From contig NC_092355.1 of assembly GCF_963676685.1 (NCBI RefSeq), positions 81,282,001 through 81,346,000 of the forward strand: a stretch of DNA of 64,000 nt, read 5' to 3'. The position numbers were made by a program, and so were the translations under genes. The stretch is from Mytilus edulis (Eukaryota). Positions 60,356 through 64,000 of the stretch are shown here, one piece after another (the stretch's first letter is position 1; each line of letters opens with the position of its first letter). The notes below the pieces were generated by a model. It was not told where the DNA came from. It saw only the letters and a list, made by a program, of their open reading frames with translations, and searched no databases.

Positions 60356-61626
60356 AGCTCACCTAGCCTAAAAGGCCAAGTAAGCTTTTCTCATCACTTG
60401 GCTTCCGTCGTCCGTTGTCATTAACTTTTATTACAAAAATCTTTTTCTCTAAAACTACTGGGCCAAATTAAACCAAACTTGGCCACAATGATCATTGATG
60501 TATCTAGTTAAAAAAAAATGTTTTTTGACCCGGCCAACCAACCAAGACGGACCCCATGGCTAAAAATAGAACATAGGGGTAAAATGCAGTTTTTGGCTTA
60601 TAACTCAAAAACCAAAGCAATTAGATCAAATCTGACATGGTGTAAAATTTTTTATCAGGTCGAGATCGATCTGCCCTGAAATTTTCAGATGAATCAGACA
60701 ACCCATTGTTGGGTTGCTGCCCCTAAATTGGTAATTTTAAGGAAATTTTACTGTTTTTGGTTGTTATCTTGAATATTATTATAGATGGAGATAAACTGTA
60801 AACAGCAATAATGTTCAGCAAAGTAAGATTTACAAATAAGTCAACATGACCAAAATGGTCAGTTGACCCCTTTAGGAGTTATTGTCCTTTATAGTCATTT
60901 TTAACTAATTTCGTAAATCTCCATGATCTTTTACAAAATCTTCTCCTCTGAAACTCTTGGGCCAAATTAATCCAAACTTGGCCACTACCATCTTTGGGGT
61001 ATTAATTTTAAAAAATGTGTCCGGTGACCCAGCATCAAACCGAGATGGCCGCCACGGCTAAAAATAGAACATGGAGGTTAAATGCAGTTTTTGGTTATTA
61101 CTCAAAAACCAAAGCATTTAGAGCAAATCTGACAGGGATAAAATTGTTTATCTGGTCAAGATCTATCTGCCCTGAAATTTTAAGATGAATGGGACAACCC
61201 GTTGTTGGGTTGCTGCCCCTGAATTGGTAATTTTAAGGAAATTTTGCTGTTTTTGGATATTATCTTGAATATTATTATGGATAGAGATAAACTGTAAACA
61301 GCAATAATGTACAGCAATTTAAGACTAAAAAATAAGTCAAAATGACCAAAATGGTCAATTGACCCCCTAGAAGTTATTGTCCTTTATAATCAATTTTTAA
61401 CAATTTTCATAAAATTTGTAAATTTTTACTAACATTTTCCACTGAAACTACTCGGACAAGTTCATTATAGATAGAGATAATTGTAAGCAGCAAGAACGTT
61501 CAGTAAAGTAAGATGTACAAACACATCACAATCACCTAAACACAATTTTGTCATGAACTGTCTGCTTCCTTTGTTTAATTCACATATACCAAGGTGAGCG
61601 ACACAGGCTCTTTAGAGCCTCTAGTT
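60351..61626. mobile_element. Non-autonomous Helentron-like element with ~490-bp internal tandem repeats
   Basis: Subterminal inverted repeats gctcacct (60357) / aggtgagc (61592), terminal hairpin ggctct-tt-agagcc, CGTC microsatellite, inserted in a T run without TSD. Confidence 0.8.
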
Positions 61627-61781
61627 ATCGTTCTTAATGGAAAAAAAACCATGCTGACTCCTCGATCATAGTTGAATGGTCATTCCACAATTAATGATGA
61701 ACAAGAGACATGTGTTTCCACCACTCCCTTTTTCCCATTAAACATGATAAACCTATTTTAATGATTGCATTGTTTTACTAG

Positions 61782-63136
61782 GTTTTGATGAAAATAGAGA
61801 AGAAAATGTAAAGAAAAAGAAACAATCCTTAAGGTGTGATTATGGTGGATGTGGAAAAGTGTTTACCTTGAATAAATACTTAAAAAGACACTTATTAATA
61901 CATTGTGGAGACAAGCCCTTCGTGTGTGACATGTGTAATAAAAGTTTCACAGTCAAAAGATATCTCAAAAGGCACATGTTAACACACACAGATGATAAGA
62001 GTTACAAGTGTGAAGTGTGTGATAAAAGGTTTAGTAATAAGGACAGTTTAAGACCTCACATGAAGATGCATACTGGTGATAGAGATCACATATGTTATGT
62101 ATGTGGTCAAGGGTTTTATCAGAAACGATATATGTTGAAACACTTTAATCGTACACATACTGGAAATACAACTCAGTGTGACGTGTGTAGTTTGTGGATT
62201 AGGAATGATAGAGTTCAGAAACACACAGAAAATCACCTATGTAAAAATCAGTCCCCTGGGAAACTCAACCTTTCTAGAACTGCATTTGGAAGACCTGTCA
62301 AGTCGAGTTCTTCTAAAGGAGAACAATTGCATGGGAAACAAAATCTTTCTGGATCTGCATTTGGAAGACTTGTCAACTCGAGAACTCCAGAAGGAAAGCA
62401 GTCTGCATCTTCTACAAACATTGAGATCAAGAAGAAGTATTATCAGAATAAATCGGCGTCGAATCCATCTAGTGCGAAAAGTATTTCTTCATTGTCAACA
62501 GGCAGTATAACTGTTGAGAACTTTGATCAAAGTAGTATCAATCTAGATGTCAATGTCACTCGACCAATCGATTCAGGTGTTGCTATTTCAGACATTCCTT
62601 TTACCTCAGACCAGGCTCATCCCTTAAAAATTACTACATCGAAAACCTTAAACACAGTTGCAAAAAATGTCAACTTTGAAGAGGCTGCCGTGATAGCTGT
62701 TAATAAATCTGATACTGAAATGGATATAGAGTCGCAGGAGGCAGTGGAGAACTTGGAGGAGTCTTCTATGAAAGATGTCAACAAATCTGATACTGAAATG
62801 GATATAGAGTCGCAGGAGGCAGTGGAGAACTTGGAGGAGTCTTCTATGATGGGTGTCAACAAATCTGAGACTGAAATGGATTCAGAGTCGAAAGAGGCAG
62901 TTGAGGTATTAGAAAGTCTTTTTGGAGTTTCACACACAGATATTTCTGATTCAGACGTTAACGACTTAGCTGCTGCATCTGGTGATAATAATTCACCTCC
63001 TGAAACAGGAAAATCTGTGGCGTCCATTAAGATAGAACCAGAGTTAGAAACCAGTTATTCAGACGAAGAACATCCACTCTCATGCAGAAAAGATGAAGAT
63101 TTGTCAAGTAAGTTATTTTGTTTAAACACGTCTTGA
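61782..63136 (+). CDS. C2H2 zinc-finger gene, exon with 5 C2H2 fingers and acidic repeats (may end at donor 63107/63108 and continue outside the window)
   Basis: ttactag acceptor in phase with the previous exon. Fingers: CDYGGC..H..H, CDMC, CEVC, CYVC, CDVC, with TGEKP-like linkers. Three 26-aa VNKSDTEMDIESQEAVENLEESSM repeats. Confidence 0.9.
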
Positions 63137-63170
63137 TTGAAAATGTGATGAAAGAGGCAACACCTCTTAT

Positions 63171-63550
63171 AACCAGATGCTCCACAGGGCGCAGCTTCAT
63201 ACGACCGCAGAGGTCGTACTCTAAACAGTAAGGGCAAGTATGGACACAACATTTAAGCTTAATTAAGTTTAATTTTGGCCCCTTTTGGCCCCTATTCGTT
63301 AGGACCAAAACTGTCACAATCAATCCAAACCTTCCTTTTGAGGTCATAAAACTTGTGTTAAAAGTTCATAAATTCCTATTAACTTATACTAAAGTTATTG
63401 TGCAAAAAACAAGAAAAGTTATTTGGGACCTGTTTTTGGCCCCTAATTCGTAAACCGTTAATACTAAAACTCCCAAAATCAATCATAATCTTCTTTTTGT
63501 AGTACCTGATGTTAAAATTTCATAGATTTCTGTTTGCTTATACTTAATTT
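63171..63550. mobile_element. Partial Helentron-like/interspersed repeat
   Basis: aaccagatgctccacagggcgcagc...cgaccgcagaggtcg start, followed by degenerate ttttggcccct internal repeats. Confidence 0.5.
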
Positions 63551-64000
63551 GATTAACCAATAACAAATAATATTTTCTGATTATTTGCCATTTGCCATTC
63601 AACTTGGAATTGAGTTCTCTAAGACTTAAATAACATTACAAATTCTAACATGAAATTGAGTTCTCTAAGACTTAAATAACATTACAAATTCTAACAAATA
63701 ATCCTCTACCTCAAATATGCTTGTTCCTCTAATTTATTGTGTCACCATGGAAATTAAAATAATATTTGTGAGCCAAAAAACATGGCGACATGGCCACTGT
63801 ATGGTCCATCATAAATTCAAAATAGCACCAAATATATAGTAGAAAATATAGCAATGGATATAGTTGGTTTCTCAATGCTATAATGCCATAAGCATGCTAA
63901 GGAAGAAATTCATCCAAGATAGAACCACTGTAGAAAATATAGCAATGGGTATAGTTGGTATCCCCATGCTATAATGCCCTAAGCAAGAAACTCATCTAAG

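Overview
Eukaryotic, AT-rich invertebrate DNA. The H1 protein and repeat families look like a mytilid mussel (Mytilus-like), which is an inference from recognition, not a database match. Bases 1 to ~45,915 are a head-to-tail array of a ~3,693-bp unit, each carrying one intronless H1.0/H5-like ('orphon'-type) linker histone H1 gene and no core histone genes. Eleven H1 copies are visible: 9 intact and 2 apparently broken next to a 100-N assembly gap. The central units are essentially identical, while the last ~1.5 units are diverged, with only synonymous changes in H1. The most striking feature is a 3,494-bp ORF-less insertion in the promoter of the 4th H1 copy (12805-16298). It has perfect split direct repeats (A1...B1A2..B2), no real target-site duplication and a TTTA core shared by its circle junction and the empty target, so it looks like a young non-autonomous tyrosine-recombinase (Ngaro/PAT-type) retroelement. 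It carries a CCAAT-box/hairpin minisatellite and an internal 18-nt complementarity that may be a replication signal. After the array come a 5'-truncated CR1/L2-group LINE, nested MITEs, Helentron-like elements, a SINE, a minisatellite and two hammerhead-ribozyme motifs (one in a retrozyme-like monomer). A multi-exon C2H2 zinc-finger gene (+ strand, ATG 53367) follows and probably continues beyond the window.
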